DNA from: a virus
Lineage: Duplodnaviria > Heunggongvirae > Uroviricota > Caudoviricetes
IMG/VR virus record: IMGVR_UViG_3300031419_000581
Length of the DNA: 64,000 nt
Reading direction: 5' to 3' (one strand)
Below, piece after piece: positions 40,355 to 50,381 of the stretch; within the stretch, counting starts at the first letter, position 1, and every line of letters starts with the position of its first letter. Below the pieces are notes generated by a model. The model was not told the DNA's origin. It did not search any database and saw nothing but the letters and a program-made list of their open reading frames with translations. Both the position numbers and the translations under genes were made by a program.

Positions 40355-40789
40355 CTATCTTTTTCTTTTAGGAGTATTACTTATATTTTCGGCAACCTGA
40401 TTTTCTTCATTTTGTTGAAGGCGCTCTTTCATTTTTTCCAGCATAGTTTCTACTTTATGATGAGTAAAAAAATGAACTTCAGGTGATTTTAATCTTTGAC
40501 GCTGTGAAGGAACAAAATTGTTATAATCTTCATGACTGCCAACCCATAACCATAAGCAGCGATCAATACCTTCTTCACTTTTAGATTTAGCGCCTACAAC
40601 GCGATATTCTGTTCCATCAATCTTAAAGGCAATAGCGAAAACATTTCTGCTGCATCCTCCAAGCACATGACTGTTCACCATGGAAGGATCTTCTTTCCAC
40701 ATTTTAAACGTTTCTTTGGCTTTGTTTTGAACATTTTTAGGTAAACTTTGAATAAGTTTTAAAAAATTAGGGTGTCTTGCTGATTCCAT
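40355..40789 (-). CDS. RelE/ParE-fold type II toxin homologue, 144 aa, with a basic C-terminal extension
   Basis: LPKNVQNKAKETFKMWKEDP ... YRVVG ... LWLWVGSHEDY matches the RelE/ParE consensus (LpkkvqkkI...l.enP...yRi.Y...v.vl.iGhRkdvY). Confidence 0.55.
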   Translation of the reverse strand: MESARHPNFLKLIQSLPKNVQNKAKETFKMWKEDPSMVNSHVLGGCSRNVFAIAFKIDGTEYRVVGAKSKSEEGIDRCLWLWVGSHEDYNNFVPSQRQRLKSPEVHFFTHHKVETMLEKMKERLQQNEENQVAENISNTPKRKR

Positions 40790-40795
40790 TTTATG

Positions 40796-40945
40796 TTATT
40801 CCCACTCATCATCTTCTGAATAATCGATATCGTCATCACTCATAGCTTCTTCTGCAAGTTTGCCCCATACGTCTGAATCGCTATCCAGTTGAGCATCCCA
40901 TTTTTGAGATTGTTCCTGTGCAGAATCTTCTTTTTTAATCGTCAT
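40796..40945 (-). CDS. Small acidic protein, about 49 aa, candidate antitoxin-like partner
   Basis: ATG with SD aaggat; MTIKKEDSAQEQ...DDDIDYSEDDEWE; ends 6 nt upstream of the toxin gene. It is below the length cut-off of the ORF track. Confidence 0.35.
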   Translation of the reverse strand: MTIKKEDSAQEQSQKWDAQLDSDSDVWGKLAEEAMSDDDIDYSEDDEWE

Positions 40946-41062
40946 GTAAACGTATCCTTATTAGTGTATATAAAACGATTATAACAAAAAAAAATGTTAT
41001 CAGCAAGAATTACATGCTTTTAAAAAAATGATATAATAGATCAAATAACAGGAGTATGTAAT

Positions 41063-42214
41063 ATGAATTTAATAACCGCCGAAGAAATTAATGAGGCAAT
41101 GCTACAAGAAGTTTATGCAGGAAACTCATATAATTTGAGGAAAATACTGGAAAGTGAATATATAAATAACTGGCTTGATTCTGAATATTCTATGTCTGCT
41201 AAACCTACTGTTAATCCTGTATTACTCTCAGCTTCACTTTTTGATGGATTAAGTTGTCTTAAAGAGTTTGTTTATCATTATAGTGATGTTTTGAAGTGGA
41301 CATTTAAAGAAGAAAATGAAAAACAAAGTCAGCGATTAAATTTACTTTCTCTTTCAATATTGAATAAAAATATGGCAGTGATTGATTTTATCGCAGAGCA
41401 GGAAGCTTTTACAGAAATACTCAATATGTCTGATAGCTTTAACGTAAGTCCATTAGCAATCCTGTCCAATGATGGCGATGTCGAATTCTTCAAAGAAATA
41501 GTTAACCTTGCGGAGGAAAAAAAGAGAAATAAGCCCATTGATATTTATGAAAATAATAAAATATTATATATTCTCGGATATAATGCGATTCAAAGAATTG
41601 ATAAAAAAGAGAATTTTTTAGAAATGATAGATTTCGCAATTAAAAAAGGCTATGCTTTTGGTATCGAAAATGGCTTCCATGGAAACTATCATAAAGATAA
41701 GTTTCAAAATTTTTTGAGCAATATGGTGTCATTAATTAACGATAATAGAAAAAAAGGAGATTCTTTTGAAATTTTTAACGAAAAAATGGAGACCCTTTTA
41801 AGTATACACACTCGTTATAATGCCATTTATAACATTAACAGTTCTTTTTCTCATAAGCTGGGACAGAACATTCATTGTGCATTTGCAAGCAGTAGCCAGA
41901 ATTTTATAGAAAGAAAAGACTATCTTGAAGGATTTAAAAGCAGAATGGATGAATATTTGACAGAAAAGCAAACAGATAAGTTAAAGCGAATATCAAGTAA
42001 AGTAATTGCCCTATGGGAAAAATTAGATTCAGAAGAAAAAAAAGATTTAATGATTTCAGGTTTTTCCAAAGATTTTTTATCTGATGTTTTTAAAAGTATT
42101 CAAAAAAATAAGTTCAATGATTTAAATGTATTGCTGGAAAAATATGAATTGGTTAAAAAAACCAATGAGTCTAAAAATCATGATATTGTTTACAGTAAAT
42201 CAGTAAGGATATAA
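41063..42214 (+). CDS. Hypothetical protein, 383 aa, x-R-[LIM] tail family (ends VRI)
   Basis: -10 gaTATAAT at 41039-41046; SD caggag; ends YSKSVRI. Confidence 0.65.
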   Translation: MNLITAEEINEAMLQEVYAGNSYNLRKILESEYINNWLDSEYSMSAKPTVNPVLLSASLFDGLSCLKEFVYHYSDVLKWTFKEENEKQSQRLNLLSLSILNKNMAVIDFIAEQEAFTEILNMSDSFNVSPLAILSNDGDVEFFKEIVNLAEEKKRNKPIDIYENNKILYILGYNAIQRIDKKENFLEMIDFAIKKGYAFGIENGFHGNYHKDKFQNFLSNMVSLINDNRKKGDSFEIFNEKMETLLSIHTRYNAIYNINSSFSHKLGQNIHCAFASSSQNFIERKDYLEGFKSRMDEYLTEKQTDKLKRISSKVIALWEKLDSEEKKDLMISGFSKDFLSDVFKSIQKNKFNDLNVLLEKYELVKKTNESKNHDIVYSKSVRI

Positions 42215-42242
42215 AAAAAAGAGAGCATAGCTCTCTTTTTTA
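42213..42242. terminator. Bidirectional rho-independent terminator
   Basis: agagagc-ata-gctctct hairpin; nearly the same sequence as the terminator at 12450. Confidence 0.7.
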
Positions 42243-42256
42243 ATGGTTAAAATAAA

Positions 42257-42808
42257 TTATTCATGGTCTGGCTGCGGAGCCGGAGCCGGTGGAGGAGTAG
42301 GTTCACCTGCACGTGGCGAAGGCGGCATTGAATCACGTTTTTCTTCCATCCCTCTTTCTGGTCCTTTTTTAATTCTGTCCTGCATGGACTTGAATTTTTG
42401 TCTTTGTTCAGGCGTTAAGACCTGATAAATTTCGTGATCTGTTTTTGCACGATCTACTGCCCAGTCTGCGGCTTTATCTTTTTGATCGTCAATAATTGAT
42501 TTTGCTTTGTCGTCAGAGTAGTCGTCTGACCATGCTAGATCATGTAATTTTTTCTGCACATCCTGCATGTGTTCAAATGCTTCCTTGTTGTCATCGCGTG
42601 AGTCGGTCAGGATTTTATTAATTTTGTCCTGTTGCTCTTTACTGAGATCTAATCCCGCGAAAGGAGTTTTATGCCCCATAGAGCCAGGTTTAACGTGGTG
42701 AGGCTGAGGTGGCTGATTCGTTTGTTCAGCGGCATATACGGCGCTGTTAGCACCAACGATTAATCCTACAAAAAGTGCTAAGCTGGTTAGTTTTTTTGAT
42801 TTAGTCAT
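42257..42808 (-). CDS. Periplasmic Spy/CpxP-family (LTXXQ) stress protein
   Basis: Signal peptide; LTPEQRQKF LTXXQ motif; GC-rich, Pro-rich C-terminus. Confidence 0.7.
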   Translation of the reverse strand: MTKSKKLTSLALFVGLIVGANSAVYAAEQTNQPPQPHHVKPGSMGHKTPFAGLDLSKEQQDKINKILTDSRDDNKEAFEHMQDVQKKLHDLAWSDDYSDDKAKSIIDDQKDKAADWAVDRAKTDHEIYQVLTPEQRQKFKSMQDRIKKGPERGMEEKRDSMPPSPRAGEPTPPPAPAPQPDHE

Positions 42809-42987
42809 AATAAGTCCCTCATTGTTGTTAATGTAATATTCTGTGTTTCAGTAAGAAGCATACTATACTATTATTTGTAAAAAAGGTTGAAGAAAGTGTG
42901 AAGAAAATAAGGAATTAAAAAAAATATAAATTGATTTTGGAATAATTCTTATTTATTATTAACTAATTCAATAATTAAGGTATAAAT

Positions 42988-43392
42988 ATGATAAATAGCC
43001 AGATACATATTTTAATGCAGTCTTTAAATACTGCGAATGATGATATAGACAAAGAGATATTAATAAAAGAATACAGGCGTGTATTAAAAAAATTTGCAAC
43101 TGAAATACTTAGACTTACCTCGTCAGATTTTATTTTATTGAATAGCAAAGGTGGTTGGGCTTCTGAAGCAGAAGTTATTCTGCATGCTGATAATATCTAT
43201 ATTTCAGTGTGTCCAAGAAAAGGTATGAGCAAAGAAGATCATCAGGTATTATATCGAAAATGCAAAGACAGAAACGATAATTGCGGCGGTATGAATCATT
43301 TTATTTCTGCTAAAGAAGCTTTTTCAGAAAATGGTTTGGACAAATTTGCTACAAAAATTGCAATGATTAGTGGAGAAAAAACAGGCTCCTGA
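42988..43392 (+). CDS. Hypothetical protein, 134 aa
   Basis: ORF whose stop lies inside the baeR terminator hairpin. Confidence 0.5.
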   Translation: MINSQIHILMQSLNTANDDIDKEILIKEYRRVLKKFATEILRLTSSDFILLNSKGGWASEAEVILHADNIYISVCPRKGMSKEDHQVLYRKCKDRNDNCGGMNHFISAKEAFSENGLDKFATKIAMISGEKTGS

Positions 43393-43402
43393 TAGAGCCT
43401 GC
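43374..43402 (-). terminator. Rho-independent terminator of baeR (minus orientation)
   Basis: caggctc-ctgata-gagcctg hairpin; the T-run is on the minus strand. Confidence 0.6.
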
Positions 43403-43409
43403 TTCAAAA

Positions 43410-44066
43410 TTAGCCTAATTGATATCCACGGCCGTAAACGCCTTTAATCATTTCGTCATCGGGTCTTATTTCCATGAGCTTTTTGCGTAAATTTTTAACA
43501 TGACTATCCACGGTTCTGTCACTTACTACACGTTTGTCTTGGTAAAGTTTATCCAGAAGTTTTTCACGTGCAACCGGATAGCCTACATTCTGAGAGAGTG
43601 TATAAATTAAACGATATTCAACAGGCGTAAGATCAAGTCTGGTTTCATCAAGCCATACGATTTCTTTGTCATGATCAATTTTTAATCCTTTAAAGTTTTC
43701 ACTTGCAACTGTGCTTTCTCTTAACCTTGCTTTAACTCGTGCTACTACTTCACGGAAACTATCGAAAGGTTTACAGATATAATCATCTGCACCTAATTCA
43801 AGGCCAAGTATACGATCAACTTCTTCACTTTTTGCACTGATAAGAATAATAGGAATATCATATTTTGCTTTTATGTCTTTACATAAAGTCAATCCATTAG
43901 TCCCCGGAAGCATGATATCCAGAAGAATCAGATCGGGTTTATTTTTCTGAATTTCAGGTAATACGTCACTGCCATTATGAATTTGCTTTGTTTTATAGCC
44001 TGCATCGTGAAGATAATCACTTAATAAATTAGCTATTCTTTTTTCGTCATCCACTATAAATATCAT
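43410..44066 (-). CDS. baeR: OmpR-family response regulator BaeR
   Basis: LLDIMLPGTNGLTLCKDIK...ISAKSEEVDRILGLELGADDYICKPF, close to E. coli BaeR; the sensor gene lies immediately upstream. Confidence 0.85.
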   Translation of the reverse strand: MIFIVDDEKRIANLLSDYLHDAGYKTKQIHNGSDVLPEIQKNKPDLILLDIMLPGTNGLTLCKDIKAKYDIPIILISAKSEEVDRILGLELGADDYICKPFDSFREVVARVKARLRESTVASENFKGLKIDHDKEIVWLDETRLDLTPVEYRLIYTLSQNVGYPVAREKLLDKLYQDKRVVSDRTVDSHVKNLRKKLMEIRPDDEMIKGVYGRGYQLG

Positions 44067-44077
44067 AAGATAAACCT

Positions 44078-45586
44078 CTATTTTTTATTTGCATATTTAG
44101 GTAAAATTACATGTAGACACAGTCCGTCCCATTCAGAACGTTCTGCTTCTATAAATCCCTGGTGCTTATCAACAATACCTTTACATAAAGTTAAACCTAA
44201 ACCGGATCCGCCATATGCCTTGCTTCTGGAACTTTCAAGTCGATAAAATCGTTCAAACAAGTTGGGCAGTAATTCTTCTGGCACACCCGGCTTTGAATCT
44301 TTAATACTTATTTTTACTTCTTTCTTGCTATCATAAACCTTTACCACTATACGACCATTAGGATTAGTATAACGATAAGAATTTTCCAATAAATTGGTCA
44401 AAAGTTGCGTAATACGTTGTTGATCTGCCCATATTTTAATATCACTATTATCATAATGAAAATAGAAGTCCAGATTTTTTTGTTGAAAACGTGTTTCAAA
44501 AGCCTGAATAACGTTTTCCATGGTATAAATAAGGTCAACATTTGAAAAAGTATATTTCCATCCATCGGCATCCATAAGAGCAACGTCATAAACGTCATTA
44601 ATTAACCCATTAAGGTTTTCTACATCATTAAGTAATGCTTCAAGATTATGTGCTGTTGGTTTTCTTATGCCATCAAGCATTGCCTGAAGCTCACCTTTGA
44701 TAATGGTAATAGGTGTCCTGAGTTCATGAGAAATATCAGCCATCATAGACTTTCTGAATATCTCATTACCTTCAATCGTTTGAACCATTTTATTAAAGTC
44801 TTTCGCCAGCTGTCCAAATTCGTCATTTCTTTCTGCAACCACAACGCCTGATTTATAATCTCCTTCGGCTAATGCATGCGTGGCTTTCGCAAGAGCCTTG
44901 ATGGGCTTTAATATTGTTTTGGAAATCCAGTAGCAGAAAAATGCCGCCAGAATACAACCAATGATAGTTATCCACAGCATGTTGGCAATCTGTGTAGCAG
45001 CAAATCTTTCATCCAGACCAGTTAATACTTCTTCTTTCATCTTTTCAGTTACAAGCCAGCCAATAACATGCTGATTAAAATAAAGAGGATTCCATTGAGC
45101 TTTATCTGAATCAGGAATAAACCCCGCAATAATATGGTTTTTATCAGCAGAAACAAGAGCAAGGAAAGGTTTATTTAAAGCATTTAAATTAGCTGGTTTT
45201 TTAATCATATCCATATAGGCTGGATTAAAAGTATCATAGATATCAGTATTCAGAGAAGGTTCTTCTGGATATGACGGAACCTCTTTGTTTAAAATCATAA
45301 GTCTCCACCATAAATCCTGATCTTCTCTTAAAATTTGCCAGTTATTATCATGTGTAAGGTATACATTTTCAAGAGATTTACTCCATGAAGAGACGCGTTG
45401 TTCCTCACGTTTATTAACATAATCTTTAAAGCCAGTATTGAAATTATATCGAACGGCCATTTCCATAATGAAGACAAATGCGAAAACAAAAGCAAGAAAT
45501 TTAATAAATAGTTGTGTAGTTAACCCCCAAAGTGCAGGAGGTGAAGGAGACCAATACATTTTCTTTTTTTTGCTTGATTTATCCAT
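44078..45586 (-). CDS. baeS: Envelope-stress sensor histidine kinase BaeS
   Basis: Two transmembrane segments, HAMP, H-box ISHELRTP and HATPase_c; gene order baeS-baeR as in E. coli. Confidence 0.8.
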   Translation of the reverse strand: MDKSSKKKKMYWSPSPPALWGLTTQLFIKFLAFVFAFVFIMEMAVRYNFNTGFKDYVNKREEQRVSSWSKSLENVYLTHDNNWQILREDQDLWWRLMILNKEVPSYPEEPSLNTDIYDTFNPAYMDMIKKPANLNALNKPFLALVSADKNHIIAGFIPDSDKAQWNPLYFNQHVIGWLVTEKMKEEVLTGLDERFAATQIANMLWITIIGCILAAFFCYWISKTILKPIKALAKATHALAEGDYKSGVVVAERNDEFGQLAKDFNKMVQTIEGNEIFRKSMMADISHELRTPITIIKGELQAMLDGIRKPTAHNLEALLNDVENLNGLINDVYDVALMDADGWKYTFSNVDLIYTMENVIQAFETRFQQKNLDFYFHYDNSDIKIWADQQRITQLLTNLLENSYRYTNPNGRIVVKVYDSKKEVKISIKDSKPGVPEELLPNLFERFYRLESSRSKAYGGSGLGLTLCKGIVDKHQGFIEAERSEWDGLCLHVILPKYANKK

Positions 45587-45588
45587 AT

Positions 45589-46125
45589 TTATAATCTTCT
45601 CTGTTGAAAATTTGAGTTATTGTAAAGGGTATAGGCTTTTACTGTATTTTTCAATATTTTCTTCTCTTTATTTAGCTGATAAGCATTAAAAAGTGCTTTA
45701 CCAAAAACAGACTTGAGATAATCTGACTTATTATGACGATTCAGGCAGTAAGGCTGTTTGTTTTTGTAAAAAACAGGTAATCCTTCAAAATATTGAGCAA
45801 TCATAGCTTGATTATTTGCTTTGCCAGCAAATAATTTGCGTATTTCATGCAACTCTTTATTTATAGCTGACTCAGACTTTGAATTATATTCTATAAAATT
45901 AAATGAAATATCTTTTTTTATGTTTAAAAGAGGGCGCTGAATAAAAATGGTTTCAATTTCCTGAAAATTATCTAATAATTTAATTAAGCGTAAATGAAAA
46001 CACATAATATTATAAGCAGCAAACAGACGTGTATTGTTTTTTAATTCATAATAACTTGTATCGTTTTCCTGGTTAAGAAAAAAAATTATTTGCTGAATAT
46101 TGGTTGGTAACAGTTTATGTAACAT
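45589..46125 (-). CDS. Hypothetical protein, 178 aa, x-R-[LIM] tail family (ends RRL), 2 nt upstream of baeS
   Basis: Stop TAA, then 2 nt, then the ATG of baeS; ends NFQQRRL. Confidence 0.55.
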   Translation of the reverse strand: MLHKLLPTNIQQIIFFLNQENDTSYYELKNNTRLFAAYNIMCFHLRLIKLLDNFQEIETIFIQRPLLNIKKDISFNFIEYNSKSESAINKELHEIRKLFAGKANNQAMIAQYFEGLPVFYKNKQPYCLNRHNKSDYLKSVFGKALFNAYQLNKEKKILKNTVKAYTLYNNSNFQQRRL

Positions 46126-46209
46126 AAAGACCTATCAAAAGTTTATAGAAATAGTATAATGAGAATACTACAAAAAAATACAAAATAAAATTTTAATCGG
46201 AAAAGAGAT

Positions 46210-47031
46210 ATGAATGATATAGAAATATTACATCAAATAACAGCAGAAATACCTGTATTAGGCGATTACGTTAGAAAAATAAATAAAGAATACGATTTTG
46301 AAGATTCATGTATAAACCAAAATCCATTGGTAGCTCTTATAAGATTAAGAAACAGAAAAATATTAGATAAAGATGATTTAAGTTTATTTTTAGCAGAAGA
46401 GTTGTTGAAATCAAAAATAGAGAAAATAGACGTTTTTGATAATGGCACCAGTGTCATGAACCTGTTGCATTTTTCCTGTTTGCATATAAAAGATACTCAA
46501 ATGTGTAAATTGATTTTGGAATATTGCCCAGAGCAAATAAATATGCTGACAAAATGTAAAAATCCAGAAAATCCACTTGCTTATGCACTAGGTCAAAATG
46601 CTTATGAATATAACGGGCCTCATCCTATTCTGAACAGATTATTAAAATCAGGTGCAAATATTCATGAAGATATAGCAAAAAAAGCGCTGTGGAAAGCTTA
46701 TACATCGTATGGTCAAGTAAAACATCTAAGGAAATGGAATGAATGGATTATTAGTAATGGAATCGATCCATATATGAAATATCAACATGGTGAGACAATA
46801 TTTCACCACATGGCTTCAGGAAAAGAACTAGATCCTCTTTTAGATATGTGGAAAAAAGGTTTTTTAAATATTGATATAGAAGCCAATACTGGACAAACGG
46901 TAAGAAAGTTATTAACGTCCACCTCAAATAAGCAAAAATCTTTTTTTCAGAATTATATAAAGCTGGAAAAGGAAAGTTTAAATAAAGATATAAATAAAAA
47001 GATATCGACTTCCAAAATCAATAGAATATGA
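46210..47031 (+). CDS. Ankyrin-like repeat protein, 273 aa, x-R-[LIM] tail family (ends NRI)
   Basis: ANK-like segments (LLHFSCLHIKDTQMCKLILEY...); ends TSKINRI. Confidence 0.65.
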   Translation: MNDIEILHQITAEIPVLGDYVRKINKEYDFEDSCINQNPLVALIRLRNRKILDKDDLSLFLAEELLKSKIEKIDVFDNGTSVMNLLHFSCLHIKDTQMCKLILEYCPEQINMLTKCKNPENPLAYALGQNAYEYNGPHPILNRLLKSGANIHEDIAKKALWKAYTSYGQVKHLRKWNEWIISNGIDPYMKYQHGETIFHHMASGKELDPLLDMWKKGFLNIDIEANTGQTVRKLLTSTSNKQKSFFQNYIKLEKESLNKDINKKISTSKINRI

Positions 47032-47074
47032 TAAAATATAATTATATAAAGTTATCAGATAACAGGTATAAAAG

Positions 47075-47731
47075 ATGAATGAGATTCAGCAACAAAGAGA
47101 AAATTATAGAGTATTTTCACCAAATGGTAATATATTAAAAACGGCTCCTACTGATGACATAAGTATGGAAAACGCTGGTTTCGAAAAGGAAGTTAAAGTT
47201 TTCGGTCCATTTAAAGCCTATACCGCTCTCCCTGCTCTAAAACCAGAAGTTCTGGAAAAAGCACAAGTTGACGATAAAGGTAACATTCTTGACGAACAAG
47301 GTCAGCCTATAATTAATGAAAGTACTCTGTCAGATAGTTTGAGTGGTTCAGTAGGTGCATTAATACTGGGGCCGGTAATAGGCACCGCATTAGGTCAAAA
47401 TTTACATCTGGGGCCACATATGACAGAAAAAGTAGTTGGCTTTACTGAAAAGGCGATTCACATAGGCTTAGATGCCGTTGAAATATCTGATTCTTCGAAA
47501 GAAAATAAGGTAAATAAAAGTACGGTACAGGTAGCAAATGCAACGGTAAATACGAACTATGTATTTGGTGCAAGTGGTGTTCAGATTCCTGACAGAATGG
47601 AAGCAACGCAAAGAGTAGAAGATAAGGTAGCTATGCAGGCAAAAGAAGATAAAACAAGTAAAGTAAATATGTCAGAAAATGATAAGTTTAAGGCTCGTCA
47701 TTCAACATTTGGAAAAAGTGGTAAAAAATAA
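47075..47731 (+). CDS. Hypothetical protein, 218 aa
   Basis: ORF with a terminator downstream. Confidence 0.55.
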   Translation: MNEIQQQRENYRVFSPNGNILKTAPTDDISMENAGFEKEVKVFGPFKAYTALPALKPEVLEKAQVDDKGNILDEQGQPIINESTLSDSLSGSVGALILGPVIGTALGQNLHLGPHMTEKVVGFTEKAIHIGLDAVEISDSSKENKVNKSTVQVANATVNTNYVFGASGVQIPDRMEATQRVEDKVAMQAKEDKTSKVNMSENDKFKARHSTFGKSGKK

Positions 47732-47741
47732 CATAAATAAA

Positions 47742-47767
47742 AGAAGGTCGAGAGGCCTTTTTTTTAT
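47742..47767 (+). terminator. Rho-independent terminator
   Basis: aaggtc-gaga-ggcctt hairpin followed by a T9 run. Confidence 0.65.
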
Positions 47768-47832
47768 ATCTGTAAATTGCCTTCTTTAAGATATATGTTA
47801 TATCTTTTTTAATAAAAAAATAAGGAAAAGTT

Positions 47833-48435
47833 ATGACAAAAAATTATGAAAACGATACAGATGTTGTGAACAATCTTGATCCTGATGAACATCTTATAGC
47901 AGTTGCCAGAATATCTTTATGGAATTATCGCTATAATTTTATATTTATAGGATTCTGGTTTCTTATTTTCTTCTTTTTGTTGTTCGGTGTCACCCAAAGC
48001 AATCTTAATATATGGGCAGGCGATGGCGTTAATGGTATTCTCGCTGCTCCTCGTTATGAATATTTAACGATGCTTGCTCCTTACGCAAATAAATGGTGGT
48101 TCTGGATTCTGAAATTTATTCCACTCTGGTTTGTATGGTCAAGTCTGAGCAGTCTTCTTTATGGTTATGCTGCAATAAAATTGATTTTAACAGATCAGAG
48201 AGTAATTGCTTCTTCTAATTTTTTTCAACAGGACGTTGAATACTATAGATTAACCAAATTAGAAAGTGTAGTATTATCTCAGGATATGAATGGAAAAATA
48301 TTTGGTTATGGTGATTTACGTTTACGAGGAGAAGGTGGCAACATTACGCTTTTACAGGGGTTTAAAGACGTTCATGGATTTAGAAAAAAATTAATTACCG
48401 CACAAAAAAAAGCACTTGAAAAAGAAAAATCATAA
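47833..48435 (+). CDS. Membrane protein, possibly with a bacterial PH-like (YdbS/DUF304-type) domain
   Basis: Two transmembrane helices followed by a soluble domain (GYGDLRLRGEGGNITLLQGF). Confidence 0.45.
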   Translation: MTKNYENDTDVVNNLDPDEHLIAVARISLWNYRYNFIFIGFWFLIFFFLLFGVTQSNLNIWAGDGVNGILAAPRYEYLTMLAPYANKWWFWILKFIPLWFVWSSLSSLLYGYAAIKLILTDQRVIASSNFFQQDVEYYRLTKLESVVLSQDMNGKIFGYGDLRLRGEGGNITLLQGFKDVHGFRKKLITAQKKALEKEKS

Positions 48436-48439
48436 AATA

Positions 48440-48472
48440 AAAAAACAGAGGATGAGTTCTCTGTTTTTTATT
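48440..48472 (+). terminator. Rho-independent terminator
   Basis: acagag-gatgagtt-ctctgt hairpin followed by TTTTTT. Confidence 0.6.
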
Positions 48473-48512
48473 TTAGGTTATAATAGTAGAAATACAAAAA
48501 GAGTAAAAAAAT

Positions 48513-49586
48513 ATGAATGAAGAACTTAACAGGCTAATAGAAAAAAATACCACTGGAATATTTGGTCAAAAAGGAAGTAAGCTAACATTTGGCAATAAAG
48601 ATTTACTGAATTTTATTGAAAAACAAAAAGATCATGCGACAAAATCAGATTTTTTTTATCAGGTTATGGACGCTCATATTATAGAAAAAAAAGGCATTCA
48701 AAACATTCGCAAGCTTATGAAGGAGTTTTCAAGTAATCATGATCTGAATGACAATATTGCAGTAGAGTATATAAAAGAGCATGTTGCGAAAAAATATAAA
48801 GAGAACGACATTAATGAGATATTACATAGTTTACAACTATTAAAAGATGAAGTCGATTTTAAAATATCTGATTACGATTTATCTTATCAGTTTATGTCTT
48901 CGGCTCGCCTAAGAAAAGAACAAATTCAGTCAGTAAAGCCTGAGTTTGCAGTCATGGCATTAGCATATTTAAGCGAGAATCTTAGTTTATGGAATAGTTT
49001 TAATGGTCATGAACAAACACGATTTTTGAAAGATTGTATTTCACATATGCCTTATGTTGGCAGTCAATATTATCGAAAACATGTTAATGTGTTAATAAAA
49101 AAAGCAGACATTAACTGGTTTGATAACAAAACTGATAATTTATTAATAATCTGTTGTAATCTTGATCAAATTAAAATATCGAGTTTTATTATTTCACGAA
49201 TGAAGAAAGAAATACCAGAAAATCTTATGGATACAAGTGAACTTTTTGCAAATGTATCCCGTTCAGATAGCGTATCTCCTGTCTACGACTTTTTAATGGC
49301 TAACAGCAATATACAAAAAATCTATGAACAAAATAGTATAAATAAAGAAAAACTGAATATAGAATTAATTGCTGAGAAAAGACAATCATTTAAAAATCAG
49401 GATGTCGATATTATTGAATATTACATAAATCATATGAATTATGAAAAACGTATATCTGATGCTATTTCGGTATGGTTTGAGAAAAATAATTTACCAGAAA
49501 TAGAAAGAATAAAAATAGAAAATATGCTTTTGAAAAAAGATTCAGAAAGTATAAAATTTAATGTAAAAACAACAAATAGATTATAA
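48513..49586 (+). CDS. Hypothetical protein, 357 aa, x-R-[LIM] tail family (ends NRL)
   Basis: -10 TATAAT at 48479-48484; ends VKTTNRL. Confidence 0.65.
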   Translation: MNEELNRLIEKNTTGIFGQKGSKLTFGNKDLLNFIEKQKDHATKSDFFYQVMDAHIIEKKGIQNIRKLMKEFSSNHDLNDNIAVEYIKEHVAKKYKENDINEILHSLQLLKDEVDFKISDYDLSYQFMSSARLRKEQIQSVKPEFAVMALAYLSENLSLWNSFNGHEQTRFLKDCISHMPYVGSQYYRKHVNVLIKKADINWFDNKTDNLLIICCNLDQIKISSFIISRMKKEIPENLMDTSELFANVSRSDSVSPVYDFLMANSNIQKIYEQNSINKEKLNIELIAEKRQSFKNQDVDIIEYYINHMNYEKRISDAISVWFEKNNLPEIERIKIENMLLKKDSESIKFNVKTTNRL

Positions 49587-49591
49587 TGAAT

Positions 49592-49621
49592 GAAAAAAGG
49601 ACTTTTCAAGTCCTTTTTTAT
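49592..49621. terminator. Bidirectional rho-independent terminator
   Basis: aaggactt-ttc-aagtcctt 8-bp stem followed by TTTTTT. Confidence 0.75.
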
Positions 49622-49631
49622 TTTAGTTATT

Positions 49632-50258
49632 TTAGTTTTTAAAAGGATCGGGAATACCTAATTGGTCATAAATTTTAGGTCCAAGATTACCATCTTTCCA
49701 GTGTTTCCTGCATACCGAACGATAAAGAGATTCAGATCCTACTACAATAGAACTTCCTCCTCGTTGTATGTTTCCTTGATTGTCATAACGCAAAACCATA
49801 TTGGCTTTTTTTGTACAATGACACACCTGCTTTAATTCACGTATATCCGTAGTGATTGCAAGCAGTCGGGCTATACTATCAAAAAGTTCACCTTTAAAAT
49901 TAGTTTTAAGGCCATAGCACATAACTGTAATATCAAAATCATCAACAACGTCAGACAACTGCATAATTTGATCAACGGTATAGAACTGAACTTCATCAGC
50001 GAAAATACAATCAATCTCACCCTGTTCACGTAGCTGAGATTGGACATATTCATAGATATTAGTGTTTTCGTCTATGCTAACGCATGGAGAAGATAATCCT
50101 AGTCTCGATGCAATAACACCTTCTCCAAATCGATTATCTATTTTATGAGACAACAGGATTGTTTTTTTATCTTCATTAATATAATTGTAATTGGCCTGAA
50201 GGAGAGAAACACTTTTTCCAGAATTCATAACGGCATGGGTAAAAATAAGTTTTGACAT
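49632..50258 (-). CDS. tdk: Thymidine kinase
   Basis: MSKLIFTHAVMNSGKS aligns with the E. coli Tdk N-terminus; the Zn-ribbon cysteines are present. The ATG at 50258 is preferred over the upstream TTG at 50300. Confidence 0.9.
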   Translation of the reverse strand: MSKLIFTHAVMNSGKSVSLLQANYNYINEDKKTILLSHKIDNRFGEGVIASRLGLSSPCVSIDENTNIYEYVQSQLREQGEIDCIFADEVQFYTVDQIMQLSDVVDDFDITVMCYGLKTNFKGELFDSIARLLAITTDIRELKQVCHCTKKANMVLRYDNQGNIQRGGSSIVVGSESLYRSVCRKHWKDGNLGPKIYDQLGIPDPFKN

Positions 50259-50381
50259 GAAAGTATCCAGTTTTTTATAGTTATAAAGGGGGGCTATCAA
50301 AATTATAATAAATAAAAAATAAAAATCAAATAAAGACGGATAAATAAAATTGAGATATAATTAGAGATATAAAATTAAGAA

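Noticed and set aside
50259-50300. Upstream TTG start of tdk in the ORF track
   Set aside because: The ATG at 50258 aligns exactly with the E. coli Tdk N-terminus (MAQLYFYYSAMNAGKS versus MSKLIFTHAVMNSGKS).
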